Of a stretch of 64,000 bases of DNA, positions 1-12,259 are shown in pieces (the first letter of the stretch is position 1; the number at the start of each line of letters is the position of its first letter). Position numbers and translations under genes: made by a program. This DNA comes from Selaginella moellendorffii (lineage: Eukaryota > Plantae > Lycopodiophyta), in contig NW_003314264.1 of the NCBI RefSeq assembly GCF_000143415.4, positions 4,081,229 through 4,145,228 on the forward strand, read 5' to 3'. The notes under the pieces were generated by a model that saw nothing but the letters and a program-made list of their open reading frames with translations, had not been told where the DNA came from and did not search any database.

Positions 1-117
1 CCTCCTCTATACAGAGAATGCGTCACCAGGGACTATATCACCCAGTTCTATTCCAAGCCGCTCGATGGCAAGAGGTGCTTGGACTATGTTAAAGTAGATC
101 ATGGCGCTGAAGTTTGA
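1..117 (+). CDS. 3' end of a 2-oxoglutarate/Fe(II)-dependent dioxygenase (partial, continues off the left edge)
   Basis: Frame 1 reads PPLYRECVTRDYITQFYSKPLDGKRCLDYVKVDHGAEV*, closely matching the C-terminus of the intact 2OGD at 24801-26018. The 3'UTR is also shared. Confidence 0.85.
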   Translation, partial: PPLYRECVTRDYITQFYSKPLDGKRCLDYVKVDHGAEV

Positions 118-534
118 GAAGAACAATGCATGAACATATAATAATTTGTCTTCTCTGAAGTTGGAGTTTGTGTAAGAAAACTAAAGACCTTGCTCTACAT
201 GCATATAATAATACATGGTTTTGGGGTTTTTTAGCGCCCATGTAAAGGCACATGACCTCTTGGATGAAACAAGAGGGATCATCTCTAATAATCTACCTCC
301 TACACTACCTCTTTACCCACCTCTTACATATTGTTCTAAAACATTTGGTGGTGAATTGCTATGTGAACGATGCCATATTTTGCGATGTACAGGTTTAAAA
401 GTGGAAGTGTGCTTCAATCGTGCTTTTCTGGTGAAACTTTTCTCCATAAAAGCCACCCCAGCTCTCGCGAAGTTCCCGGCGGCGGCACTCCTTTCGAAGA
501 AGTAAACAATGCGAAGTCCATCTTATGTATGTAA

Positions 535-615
535 GTCAGGATGGCCGAGCTGGTCTAAGGCGCTAGTTTCAGGTACTAGTCCGCAAGGGCATGGGTTCGA
601 ATCCCATTCCTGACA
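535..615 (+). tRNA. trnL-CAG: tRNA-Leu (anticodon CAG)
   Basis: GTCAGGA...TCCTGACA acceptor stem, A-box TGGCCGAGCTGG, anticodon stem CTAGT/ACTAG around loop TTCAGGT, long variable arm, GTTCGAATC T-loop, and a TTTT run about 8 nt downstream. Confidence 0.95.
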
Positions 616-867
616 GTATACATTTTACAAGCTCAAACTAGCCTCTGGAACTTAGGCTTGAACTTGAACCTAGATTCCGCCAAAAAACTTCGGTTTAAGA
701 ATAATCATTGTTGATAATTCATGGAGAAGTCTTGAGCTTCCATGCACCCTCGTCTTTGGCGAGAATCAACGAGTTCCACGAAAATGCTCTCTTCTGTTTA
801 TTTATTTATTGTGACGCCACTTTCGCGACTCCCTCTTAAACACATCCTCAATTTTTTTCACTACGGT

Positions 868-1935
868 ATGGGAGAAGAGAATCATCTCCAAGATCTTAAA
901 GAAGGATGTGCAAGATAGATTTCAAGAAAGAACTTGCGAATCTTGATGAGTCTCAAGTTCCTATAGTTGATTTCTCTTATATAGAAGATGCTATAGCTTC
1001 AGCTTGCCAGGATTCAGGAATGGGGATTTTTCCAGGTGGGGAAATGGTTATTCGTTTTATCTCTTCGTGCTCAGGCAATAAATCACGGGGTTCCAATTGC
1101 TAGTATGCAAAATGTCCTCGATTTAGCCAAAGAGATTTTCAATCAGACATCAGAGGAGTACAATTTCCTGGGGGATAAACTCAGTGATAATGATCCATCT
1201 AAAGCATACAGGTAGAGAAAAGAAAAGATAAAAGATAAAACTAACAAGATCATGGCTTTGCAATAGATATGGACAGCAGGAGAGACATGAAAGCAATCGA
1301 CTTAAAGTATTACCTCATGCTGGACTATGGTCTTGCTCGAGAGGTGGACCTTTGGCCAGAGTCACGGAGGTAAAGTTTTTTCTGGACTAAACGTTCTTGA
1401 AGGGAAGTGATGAAAGAGTACCACGACCAGGTTTCAGCCTTTGGACACTGCTTGCTTGATATTATCTCCAAAGGCCTTGGCTTGGAGAATATTTACGATT
1501 TTACCAAGTTAATGGGCGAGAAGTTAATTCATGTGCGTCATGAATTACTGCCTTCCATACCACAAACCCGAGCTCGTCAAGGGCACCTCGGCCCGTGCCA
1601 TGAGCATCCTCCTCCAAGACGACGGGGGGATTGGAAGTTTGCAAAGATGGTCGCTGGTTTGCGGTAAAGCCAGTGAAAGACGCCTTTGTTGTCAACATTG
1701 CTGATCAATTACAGGTAGGTTTCGTTCTTTTTCTCCCAATAACATTGCTAAGCGAATGCAAAGTATAAGAGCGCCGAGCACCGAGTCCGAGCACACCCAG
1801 AGAAGTCGCGACTCGTGGTGGTTTTCTTTAGTGGTTGGTCCCCTGCCCGAGATGGTAAGCGAGGAAAATCCTCCTCTCTACAGGGAATGCATCACCAAAG
1901 ACTATTTGACCTAGCTCTATGCAAAACTAAAGCGA
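868..1935 (+). pseudogene. 2OG-Fe(II) dioxygenase pseudogene
   Basis: Colinear with the intact copy at 24801-26018, but the ATG868 frame stops after 16 codons, there are further frameshifts, the HxD codons are deleted near 1585, the last intron acceptor is lost and there is a premature TAG at 1912. Confidence 0.85.
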
Positions 1936-2822
1936 ACATATAACAATTTGTCTTCAAAGAAGTTGGAAGTTTGTGTAGGAAGACTGTTTGCACGGCATTG
2001 TTATAAACAGGAAGAAATATTCTCTCATGTGATCTCCAAACTTTCCTTTAGAAGAACTAACATATGTGAGATCGATATTTATCATGACGAGAGAAATTTC
2101 TTGTGTCAATAAATCCATAAATCTTTGGGCTTTAAGACAGTCCATTTCCTCTTGTGAAATATCTGCTAACTCGTGGCAAAAGAGTTTGTAGAGCAGCTCT
2201 TCCCCTTGGTATTTGTGTGATTTCACTATGAGACATCATTCCTTTCGTGTATAACTGATCACCAGCAACCAGACTCATGTCGATAAAGGTCTAATTAAAG
2301 AAAATATGTGCTTGGAATATACTAAGGGCCCACTTGTTTCCTTTTTGAAATATCCGCCATTTAGGTTTAAAAAAATCTAAACGTCCTTTTCTCTGAAAGT
2401 CTTGTTTTCTGTATGAACTTTTTTCTTAATAAATTCTATTAATTTTTTTAATTAAAGATATGCATATAAATTTTAAACACCAAAGAAATTGCGGGCTGCC
2501 AAAACAGCGCTTAACACCTTTGCAAGGGCCATGATTTGCCACTGATCAGGTGATCCCAGCCTAGTTAGCCTAACCGCACTACCAATCTAACCTAACCGGA
2601 GTTAGTGCTAGTTATATACTTTTTTTTGTGGCATGATCCATGTGGGATAATATAAAATAGGTTTAAAGAATCGTGACGGAAAAGCTAACGAATACGCGAA
2701 TATTCCAGTGGCTTTATTTGGGGAATTGCGAGATTCGAACTCCCGACCTCATGCACTGGTACTTGAGGGTTTATTTGTCGGACCGATGACAACGATGGGA
2801 ATGACCTCACTCTTGTAGATCA

Positions 2823-5677
2823 ATGCGCAAGGCCATGGCGCTCTCTTCGTCCATCGCGCTCTGCCTAGCCCTGTGGATGATCGCCGCCGTGTCTCGGGAA
2901 TACAGAGTCTTGTCCGTGATCGAGCAGGCCAATGCCGGGGGGGGGAGCGCGATCCTGGTGGAGATCGCGGACAGGATCGACGATTTCGGCCCCGACATTG
3001 AGCACCTTCTCATCAGCGTCAGGTGATTTTCGATCGATCAGTTGCTTTCTTGGAGATTGGTTGATTTCCCCCCTCTTTCTTGAATTTCCCAGCTATGAGA
3101 CCGACGAGCGCTTGCATCTGATGATCACGGACGCCGATAGCCCTCGCTGGGAGATCCCATTCAAGCTGATACCGCGATCGATGGACGGCAACAGCAGCAG
3201 CGCCAGATTTTCCCAGGAAGTTCGCAAGATCACGTCGCCCAAGCTCCAGCTCTCCTACACGGTGAATCCATTCAGCTTTACGGTCACTCGGGTCTCTAAC
3301 GGGGAAATTCTCTTCGACTCGCCATCGTCGTCGAGATTCGTGTTTAAAGATCAATATCTAGAGATATCAACGAGGATTCCAGCCCAGGCAGCGCTCTATG
3401 GGCTCGGGGAGAGCACTCGCAGCGATGGCTTTCGGATTCTTCCAAACTCGACTTACACACTCTGGGCAGCTGATACAGGTGCCGACAACACGGACGTAAA
3501 TCTATATGGATCGCATCCTTTCTATATGGACGTGAGAAGCGGAGGACAAGCTTACGGTGTTCTTCTTCTCAACAGCAATGGCATGGACGTGAACTATGAG
3601 GGGGAGTTTTTGACGTACAAAGTTCTTGGAGGTGTGTTTGATTTCTATTTCTTCGCTGGGCCGTCTCCCCTCTCCGTTGTCCAGCAGTACACAGCACATG
3701 TTGGAAAACCGGCAGCGATGCCATATTGGTCGCTCGGTAAGCTCTCCATTTTTTCCTTCGATCACTTTGATCACCATCTTGATCTTGCAGGATTCCACCA
3801 GTGTCGATGGGGATACAAGAATGTATCCCAGCTCGAGCATGTTGTTGCCGAGTACAAGAAGGCGAATTTGCCTCTGGAAGTTATGTGGAACGATATAGAT
3901 CACATGGACGTGTATAAGGACTTCACTCTGGATCCTGTAAATTATCCTGCTGAACAGCTGCGAGCGTTTGTGGAGAAACTCCACAAGAACGGCCAGCGAT
4001 ATGTTCTTATTGTAGATCCTGGTAAGTTGCTTGTCTCACGCTTAAGTTTGTTGATAGATATTCCTTTTGACAGGACTCAAACCAGAGAAAAATTACGAGA
4101 CTTACAGACGGGCCAAGGAAATGGATGTTTTTATCAAGGACGTGCAAGGCAAACCATATCTCGGTCAGGTTTGGCCCGGGCCTGTGCATTTCCCGGACTT
4201 CCTCCATCCAAGAGCTCTAGAGTTTTGGACAGGAGAGGTCTCCAGATTTCACAAGGAGGTTCCATTTGATGGTCTCTGGATTGATATGAACGAGGCCTCA
4301 AATTTTTGCCAGGGAGTTACGTGCACCTTACCAGCCAACGTTACGTGTCCGATCCCCGGTTCCTTCACTCAGTGCTGCCTGGTTTGCAGCAACGACCTCG
4401 CTACAAAGTGGGACAATCCACCTTACGCCATCAACAATGCTGGCACTCACAGAAGTCTGGGTGGAAAGACTATACCGACGAGCGCTACGCACTACAATGG
4501 GACTTTAGAGTACAACGCTCACAATCTCTACGGGCTTGCCGAGGCCATCGTGATCAACAGTGCTCTCAAGACAGTCGTGAAGAAGAGGCCGTTCGTGCTC
4601 TCGAGGTCCACCTTTGCTGGAAGTGGCCGAGTCACTGCTCACTGGCTGGGTGATAACCGGGCGTCTTGGAACGACTTGAAGTACTCCATCTCCGGCATCT
4701 TAGGCGCGGGGCTGGCTGGAATTCCCATGGTGGGAGCGGACATCTGTGGCTTCTCAGGCAACACTACCGAGGAGCTTTGCAACCGGTGGATACAGTTGGG
4801 AGCATTCTATCCGTTCTCGAGGGACCACAACGATTTTTTCAGCAGTCCACAGGAGCTCTTTGTGTGGAAGTCAGTGACTCGATCGGCAAGGAAGGCACTG
4901 GAGCTTCGCTACAAGCTCCTCCCATACTTGTACACTCTTTCCTTCGAGGCACACACGCTGGGCTCGCCGGTAGCAAGGCCGCTGTTCTTCACGTTTCCAA
5001 ACGATCGGGCCACCCTCGACATTGACAAGCAGTTCCTTCTCGGCCGCGGCATTCTCGTCTCTCCAGTGTTAACTCCCAACGCCACCACCGTCAAGGCATA
5101 CTTTCCTCAAGGCACTTGGTACAGCCTCTTCGACTACACGAAGTACGTGACATCCCCTTCGGGGTCTTACCAGCAGCTGGACGCTCCCTGGGACACGATC
5201 AACGTTCACGTCCACGAAGGCTCTATCATCCCCATGCAAGAGTTCGCGCTCACAACAAGGCTGGCTCGCAAGACTCCCTTCACTCTGGTGGTAGCCTTCT
5301 CTTCCACGGACAGCGAGAATTCGACGGCGTCGGGAGAGCTTTTCCTGGACGACGACGACGCGCTGGAGATGAAAGTGGCAGAAGGAAAGTCGAGCTTCAT
5401 TAAATTCGCGGCTTCCTCGAGTGGATCAAGTGGCGGGAAAGTGTTAGTGAAAGCGTCCGTGGCTCACGGAGACTTTGTGAAACGCCAAAGCCTCGAGCTC
5501 CACAAGGTGGTGGTTCTAGGTGGAAGAAAGAATACGAGCCAACGACCACGAAAGGTGCTCGTCAATGGGAAGAATCCATCCGAGAGCGTCACAGCAAAAG
5601 TGTTTCAAACTGGAGTGGAGATTTCTGGACTTTCTCTGCCGCTAGGCAGTGATTTCCAGCTCTCCCTCGAATTATGA
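2823..5677 (+). CDS. Secreted GH31 alpha-glucosidase/alpha-xylosidase, copy 1 (exons 2823-3022, 3093-3736, 3791-4021, 4074-5677)
   Basis: Signal peptide, NLYGSHPFY, GFHQCRWGY, catalytic WIDMNE, HWLGDN, GADICGF and QLGAFYPFSRDH motifs. Three GT-AG introns restore the frame. Confidence 0.93.
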
Positions 5678-5707
5678 CAAAGGGACTTTTGGCAAAAGCT
5701 TTGCGAC

Positions 5708-5829
5708 AACGATGTTGTACGAAGTTCTAGACTTTCAACCAAAAGAAAGATAGACAATGACTATGAGATCACGAACGATGTTGTACGGAGTTCTAGACTT
5801 TCAACCAAAAAGATGCCTCTGAGATCACG
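5708..5829. repeat. Imperfect two-unit tandem duplication (about 66 and 56 bp) between the two GH31 genes
   Basis: AACGATGTTGTACG(A/G)AGTTCTAGACTTTCAACCAAAA...TGAGATCACG starts at both 5708 and 5774. Confidence 0.85.
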
Positions 5830-5900
5830 GATTCTATCACGTAGAAACTTTGTTGATAAATATATAAATTTCTTGATCTTCGAGAGGTTCAACAGCGGCC

Positions 5901-8698
5901 ATGGTTCGTAGTTTGCTCCTGTTCTTGTGGCTCTTAATTCTCTCGCGATGCTCGCTCGCTGGCTATAAGATCAAGTCCATCACCCAAGACACGAATGGCA
6001 ACATCGATGCTCGTCTAGACCTCCTCTCACCGACAAGCACATATGGTCCTGATATCAAAGAGCTCCAACTCACCGTAAGGTACGTCAGTCGTTCTCTTTC
6101 TTTCGCCATCTCCTCCACGAACTCAAACTCTCCATTGTCCATTGTCCAGCTACGAATCCCAAGACCGGCTGCGAGTTCACATCACCGACTCCTCGTCCCC
6201 GCGGTGGGAAGTTCCAGCCTCGCTCGTGCCAAGGCTACCACCCACGAAGAACGGCAGCGCTAGCGTTTCCAAGCTCCAGTTCTCGTACACCCGGGACCCC
6301 TTCACGTTTGCAATCCTCCGGAGATCATCCCAGGAGCTCCTCTTCAGCTCCACCCCGGGCCTCACTTTCAAGGACCAGTACCTGGAGATCTCCACCACGC
6401 TCCCGAGCAATGCGTCGCTCTACGGCCTCGGGGAGAGCACTCGTACCGCGGGCTTCCGGCTCGTCCCGGACTCCACGTACACGCTGTGGGCCTCGGACAC
6501 CCCTTCGCAAGAGACCAACAAGAACCTGTACGCCTCCTGGCCCTTCTACCTGGATGCCCGCCTCTCGGGGGCCTCGCACGGAGTCTTCTTGCTCAACAGC
6601 AACGCCATGGACGTGGAGCTTGCGGAGGAGAGGCTCACGTACAAAGCCGTGGGTGGTGTCCTCGACTTTAGCTTCTTCGCGGGGCCGTCGCCATTGGAAG
6701 TCGTCCAGCAGCTCACTGATATGGTCGGGAAGCCCGCTCCAATGCCTTACTGGTCTCTAGGCAAGTCCTCCTTGGTCTCGGCTGGAAGTGTTCCTTCAAA
6801 GCTTTTCTTCCTTTGCAGGCTTCCACCAGTGTCGATACGGCTATAAGAATGTCGAGGAGCTCCAGGACGTGGTCGAGAAGTACAAGTCTGCGCGCATTCC
6901 TCTCGAGGTGATGTGGTCGGACATAGATTACATGGACGCCTTCAAGGACTTCACGCTGGATCCCATCAACTATCCCCAGTCGAAGATGGACGATTTTGTC
7001 AAGCAGCTCCATGCCAACGACCAGAAGTACGTGATCATCATAGACCCCGGTGAGCTCTCCCTTCCCTGGTCTTCTTTCTTGCATCCGCCAGCTTACAGCA
7101 GTGCCTTGCCAGGGATCAAAGTCGAGAGGAACTATTCGTCATACGAGCGTGCAAAAGCTCTCGAGATCTTTGTCAAAGACTTGCACGGCGAGCCATATCT
7201 CGCTCAAGTGTGGCCGGGCCCTGTCCACTTCCCAGACTTCCTCCACCCGAAAACAGCCTCTTACTGGACAAGCGAGATTTCCAACTTTCACAAAATCCTC
7301 CCCTTCGACGGCCTCTGGATCGACATGAACGAAGCCTCCAACTTTTGCACGGGCGTGAGCTGCTTGCTTCCTCCGAACGTGACAAAGCCTTGCCTCACAA
7401 CATGCTGCTTGATCTGTACCGAGAACTCCATATCCAAGTGGGACAATCCACCTTTTGCGGTAAATAACAACGCTGTCCGCAATAGAATCGGCTCCAAAAC
7501 CATGGCTGCCAGTGCCGCCCACCACGGAGGAGTTCTCGAGTATGATGCTCACAACTTGTACGGGCTCTCGGAAGCGATAGCCACCAGCAGCGCTCTCAAG
7601 TCTGTCTTGAAAACCCGGCCCTTCATGCTCTCGAGGTCGACGTTCGTTGGCTCTGGCCGCGTCACCGCGCACTGGAGCGGTGACAATGGAGCAACCTGGG
7701 ACGATCTACGATACTCCATTGTCAGCGTTCTCAACTCTGGCCTGGTTGGAATACCAATGGTTGGCGCGGACATCTGTGGATTCCTGGGTAACACCACTGA
7801 GGAGCTTTGCAACCGCTGGATCCAAGCCGGAGCCTTCTATCCCTTCTCCCGGAACCACAACGGATTCAATGCAGTGTCACAGGAGCTCTATCTCTGGAAG
7901 TCCGTCACCCAGTCCGCAAGAACAGTTCTGTCGCTGAGATACCGGCTCCTTCCTCATCTCTACACGCTCTTTTACGAGGCCTGCTTGAAAGGATCACCAG
8001 TTGCCAGGCCTGTCTTCTTCGCATTTCCCAAGGATCCGGCAGCTCTTGGTGTTGAAACTCAGTTCATGCTCGGGAGTTCCATTCTTGTCTCCCCTGTTCT
8101 CGTGGAAGGCGCGAGGGAGCTCCAAGCTTACTTTCCCAAAGGAAACTGGTATAGCTTGTTCAATTACTCGCAAGTTATTCTGTCGCCGGGATCAACTTTC
8201 ATACTTCCGGCCACGCTGGATTCGACGAACGTCCACGTTCGAGGAGGCTCGATACTCGCCATGCAGGATGCTGCCATGACTACTGCTGCTGCGAGAAAGA
8301 CAGCCTTCACGCTGCTAGTCGCTTTTCCCGGCGAGGAAGAGGATGACAACCTAAATGCTTCGGGCAGTGTGTTCCTGGACAGTGGCGAGGACCTTGAGAT
8401 GAAACTTGAGCAAGGGTCGGCTACTCTCGTTGAATTTGCTGCGAAGAAAGTTGGGAACCGGCTCTCCGTCAAGTCTCGAGTGAGTTACGGCGAGTTTGCT
8501 CTCCAGCAGAAGTGGATCATCAGCAAGGTTGTAGTGCTCGGGCTCGGCAGTTTTGCGTTGGACAAACAGCAGCAGGAACTCGTAAAAGGAAAGATTCTGT
8601 TGCCTCAATCAGCGGACCATGTCGAAGAAGTTAATGAGCTCAACTTGCCTCTGGGAAAACCTTTTCATATCTCGCTAAAGATGGCGTCATATCAGTAA
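5901..8698 (+). CDS. Secreted GH31 alpha-glucosidase/alpha-xylosidase, copy 2 (exons 5901-6079, 6150-6760, 6819-7049, 7113-8698)
   Basis: Signal peptide, WIDMNE, HWSGDN and GADICGF motifs. Intron positions match copy 1; intron 2 has a GC donor. Confidence 0.93.
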
Positions 8699-8737
8699 CT
8701 AGTCCTCACTGTTTACAAAGATGTTACGAACAAGCCT

Positions 8738-10435
8738 TCAAGAACAGACCTGGTGAGCACTCAAAGGCCCAACAAACGGAAGAGACTCAATAACGGCATC
8801 AGCTAAGTCAGCAATAAACGTTGGTTCGCATCCGAGTGCAGGTACACGCCGCCAATTCGTAATACCGGATTCTTCAGCTAGCTCCCTATACTCCATGTCG
8901 ATCTCCTCAAGCGTTTCTATGTGCTCGCTGACAAAACTAGAGGACCAGAAAGCCGTGTAATAGAATGAAAAGCTGAAAGCATTTACCTGATTGGCACAAC
9001 TAAAAGACTTTTTATGCCTCTTTCTCCCAGATCTCTGATGGTCTGATCTGTGTATGGTCTTAGCCATTCTACAGGTCCAACTCGGCTCTGGGAACAAATC
9101 AACACCATTTGAGGCAGGAAGTAGCGAAGAAGTAGCTCCTAACCTGATATGCAAGCGTGTGCTCGCAAATGACACCTTCCTGTCGTAAATCTTTCATAAT
9201 GAAGTCAACGCATTCCTCCATTTCGTCCTTGTAGGGATCTCCCGCTTTCTCCACGTAAGAGACTGGCACACCGTGTGCACTAAAGAAGATATGTGCCTGC
9301 ATCTAACGGTGTTATTCTCTTCGTTACCTCGGCCTCGTTACCTCTTCAGGCTTCTCGAACTTCAAAAGTTCATTCTTGATTAGGTTTGACATGGACTTCA
9401 CGTATCCCTTACGATGATACCACGAAGGGATCACAGTGTGCTTCATGTTTAAAAGGTATTCGTCTCGCCTGTAATACAGTGGAAACAGTCTCATATAAAC
9501 GAAAAGTATTGCCTACAAAGCACATACCTGAAAATGCTTTCTAGCAAGCGAAGGCTAGAACCACTGGTGGAGATTGAGAATTGTGGATATAAAGGTAAAA
9601 TTACAAGTCTGTTGATCCCATCGGCTTTGACCTGATATTCCTCCAGCGAAATCAGTTTCTAGATTACTGAATATGTAGAGATAAAAGATGTACCTTATCT
9701 ATAGCTTCTTCTGTGAAAGGATACCAGTACCGCATTCCAACGTAGATTTTAGCTGGCAATCCCTTCCGTTCCAATTCTTTTGCAAGAGCAGCAGCCTGTG
9801 TGACAAAAATGGGGGCGTTAAAAAGACACCAAACAAAACGAAGGACAAAAAAGTTAAACCTGCTCGTCCGTGATTTTTCTCAAGGGCGAGCCTCCACCAA
9901 TAGCAGCATAACCTTCACTGCTTTTAGGCGCCCTCAGTGTTGAGATAAGTCGAGCAAGAGGCTTTTGCAGGAAACGGAAAAGTCGAGGCAGTCGAATAAT
10001 GTCCTGATTAGGAAATCGTCTTTAAACGTATCACGTCGAATGGAAACACTTACCGGATCAGCAAAGAGGTTGTAAAGAAACGGCTGAACATCCTCGAGCT
10101 TATCTGGACCACCAAGATTTAGCAGCAACACGCCTAGCTTGTCTCCTGGTTCGTTGTAAACACTTGCTTGCTCCGAAGTAAGCACTCCGGGACTACTGGT
10201 ACTCGAGCAACAAACTTCTATCGATCGCCGAGAAAGGGCGAACGCCTGCTTTGCCCCGCTTGACAGCCCACACCTCCGCTGAAAATGATAGTTCGATCCA
10301 AGTCGAATGTGCTTTGGCGACGTATCAAAGAGTGGCTCGCAGCTCAGGTTATGTGATGGCGAGGGAATAGACCTGAAAGTCTTGAGTCTTGAGAAGAAAA
10401 AGATAGAAATGACTAGCTTACCTGTGAGCCAGCAT
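8738..10435 (-). CDS. FC: Ferrochelatase (protoheme ferro-lyase), multi-exon, with a predicted transit peptide and a short C-terminus
   Basis: [48 protein letters not shown] and [13 protein letters not shown] motifs. ATG10435 (MLAH, 14-nt coding exon) splices in frame to a Ser/Arg-rich leader. Confidence 0.9.
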
Positions 10436-10870
10436 CGTGACGAGCTCGAAATTTCAAATCGAATGACGATCCCTGAAGCTCTGGCGAAAATCTAGACGCT
10501 ACCTGCGAAAGAAGAGCGATTGTCAGCTCGATCGGGCCGCTAGAACACTGAAGAACACAGAAATAAGCACGAATTCGCTTCTACCTGGAGAGTGCTCGAT
10601 CGGATCGGGAATACAGCGATCTTGAAGGCGATCGATCGATATTTCGCGAAGCCAGCCCTGAAATGCGGCTCTTTGAGCGGCACCGCCTTCGACCAAACTC
10701 TTCCCCACTAGTCAACACGCGGACTCTTCTCTAAACCCTACTCTAATGGTACCTTTTCTTGCAAGGCAAGTAGAATGCTAAGTACTTTAGGGCTCGTGAG
10801 GAGGAAGAGACGAGCAATGGCATTCTTCCTGTAGCTAGGGCAGAGGGCAAGGTTGATCGATCGAGCGAGG

Positions 10871-11041
10871 ATGCTGGGGATTTTCAGGACCTCCTTTTCA
10901 TTCACGGCGGGCACACTGGTGGGGATTTACATTGCCCAGAACTACGATGTCCCAAACATCGAGAAGCTGTTTAGAAGCACAATGGATCGAGCCAAGGAGT
11001 ATGAGGAAGCGTACCGACGGCGCGGCAGTGGCAAGGAGTGA
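10871..11041 (+). CDS. STMP1: Short transmembrane mitochondrial protein 1-like (DUF4535), 56 aa
   Basis: MLGIFRTSFSFTAGTLVGIYIAQNYDVPNIEKL carries the family motif G(I/V)Y.AQNY.VPN. Confidence 0.85.
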   Translation: MLGIFRTSFSFTAGTLVGIYIAQNYDVPNIEKLFRSTMDRAKEYEEAYRRRGSGKE

Positions 11042-11124
11042 TTGATCGATCCTAAAGAGTGGTAGAGATGGTTTCTACAAATTTAAAGAATTCTCATGAA
11101 GTTTTGGATGGAGTTTTCTCCTTC

Positions 11125-11436
11125 CTAGTTCTTTCTTTTGGGGTTGCTCTTGGGCTTATTCCGTGAATTCGATGCAGGGCTGTTGTAGTCATTGACAAAC
11201 GCAGCTAGTAACTTTCGAGCTCCTGGTGGTTTGATGAAATCGAATGATAGCTCTCCAGTAGCTCCATCGACAATCCCAGAAGCATAAACTTGATCGTCAC
11301 TCGTGACGCCTGGAAAGAAGCAGCAGGAAGAATGTAAGTATCAAGTATCTCTTTCTCGATCGATTCACTTACCTTGAGTGATCACAAATGCGATCGCCTG
11401 AAAGAGGATGATCACTGCGATTGCCCTCGCATTCAT
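11125..11436 (-). CDS. PSY: PSY-type (tyrosine-sulfated) secreted peptide precursor, 82 aa, 2 exons (11436-11373, 11309-11125); not in the ORF track
   Basis: Exon 1 encodes the signal peptide MNARAIAVIILFQAIAFVITQG. A 63-nt GTAAGT...TTTCCAG intron follows, and exon 2 ends RKLLAAFVNDYNSPASNSRNKPKSNPKRKN*, resembling the PSY pattern R.L....DY..P..N..H.P. Confidence 0.75.
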
Positions 11437-12259
11437 CTTGGTTCTCACTCATCCCACGGCCCTCTCCTCGAATTTAAAGAACTTCCTTGTCTCGCAAAGT
11501 CAACCTCGCAAATTCATGCCATGATCAATCCTAGAATCGAGCACTCGGTGGATTCTCGCAATAGCTGGTAACCGTGTGTCATTGACTTCCCAAGATATTC
11601 ACACTCGTGGGTCAAAGCCCGGGGATGAAAACCTCGTCCGTAACAGTTAAAAAACGATTTTCTACCACTGATCCAATGGTGGCGATGACGAATGGCCTAT
11701 GTCACGACCTCCGCCCAAAAATACTGGAAGATAAGATGAAGACAAAGGCGTTGTTTCTTCCCCGGATTATAAGCACACGTGTCAGTAGCAGCTGGGTGCC
11801 ACGCACGCACGCATGTGACACGAGGGCTGCCGTACGTGCGATTCGTGGCTTTTAGGGTTTAAGGGCGTCGCCAATTCGCCAGCGGTGGAAGAGCGCCAGG
11901 ACAGTGGAGTAGTGGGATTTGGATCGATCGCTGGATCCATTTTGGATCGATTGGGCGCCAGGAGGGCAAAATCTCGCTCACAGGTTTGTGTTTCGATTCA
12001 TCCAGCCGCGAGGAGGTGGAAAGAATTGGCAAGAGCGAGAGGAAGAAGAAGCAAAACAAAAAAAAAAAAAAAATTATCAGGCGCATCGACGGTTTTGATC
12101 GCCCTTGCATTTAGCTAGAGGCGGTTTCTTCCTCTCTCGCGGTGGTTTCCAAGAATCAAGATAGGTTTGGGGGAAGTTCTAGCTAGCGCTAGCGAGGATT
12201 TTGGGGAGCTGGAGCTGTGATCGATCGATAATCTACCGACAGGCGCTCTGGATCGCCAG

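Noticed and set aside
2720-2765. Minus-strand GAGGTCGGGAGTTCGAATC, resembling a tRNA T-arm/B-box
   Set aside because: No D-arm, anticodon arm or acceptor pairing; at most a SINE or tRNA relic.
5708-5829. Repeat-spacer-like pattern
   Set aside because: Only two units in eukaryotic DNA with no cas genes; a simple tandem duplication, not CRISPR.
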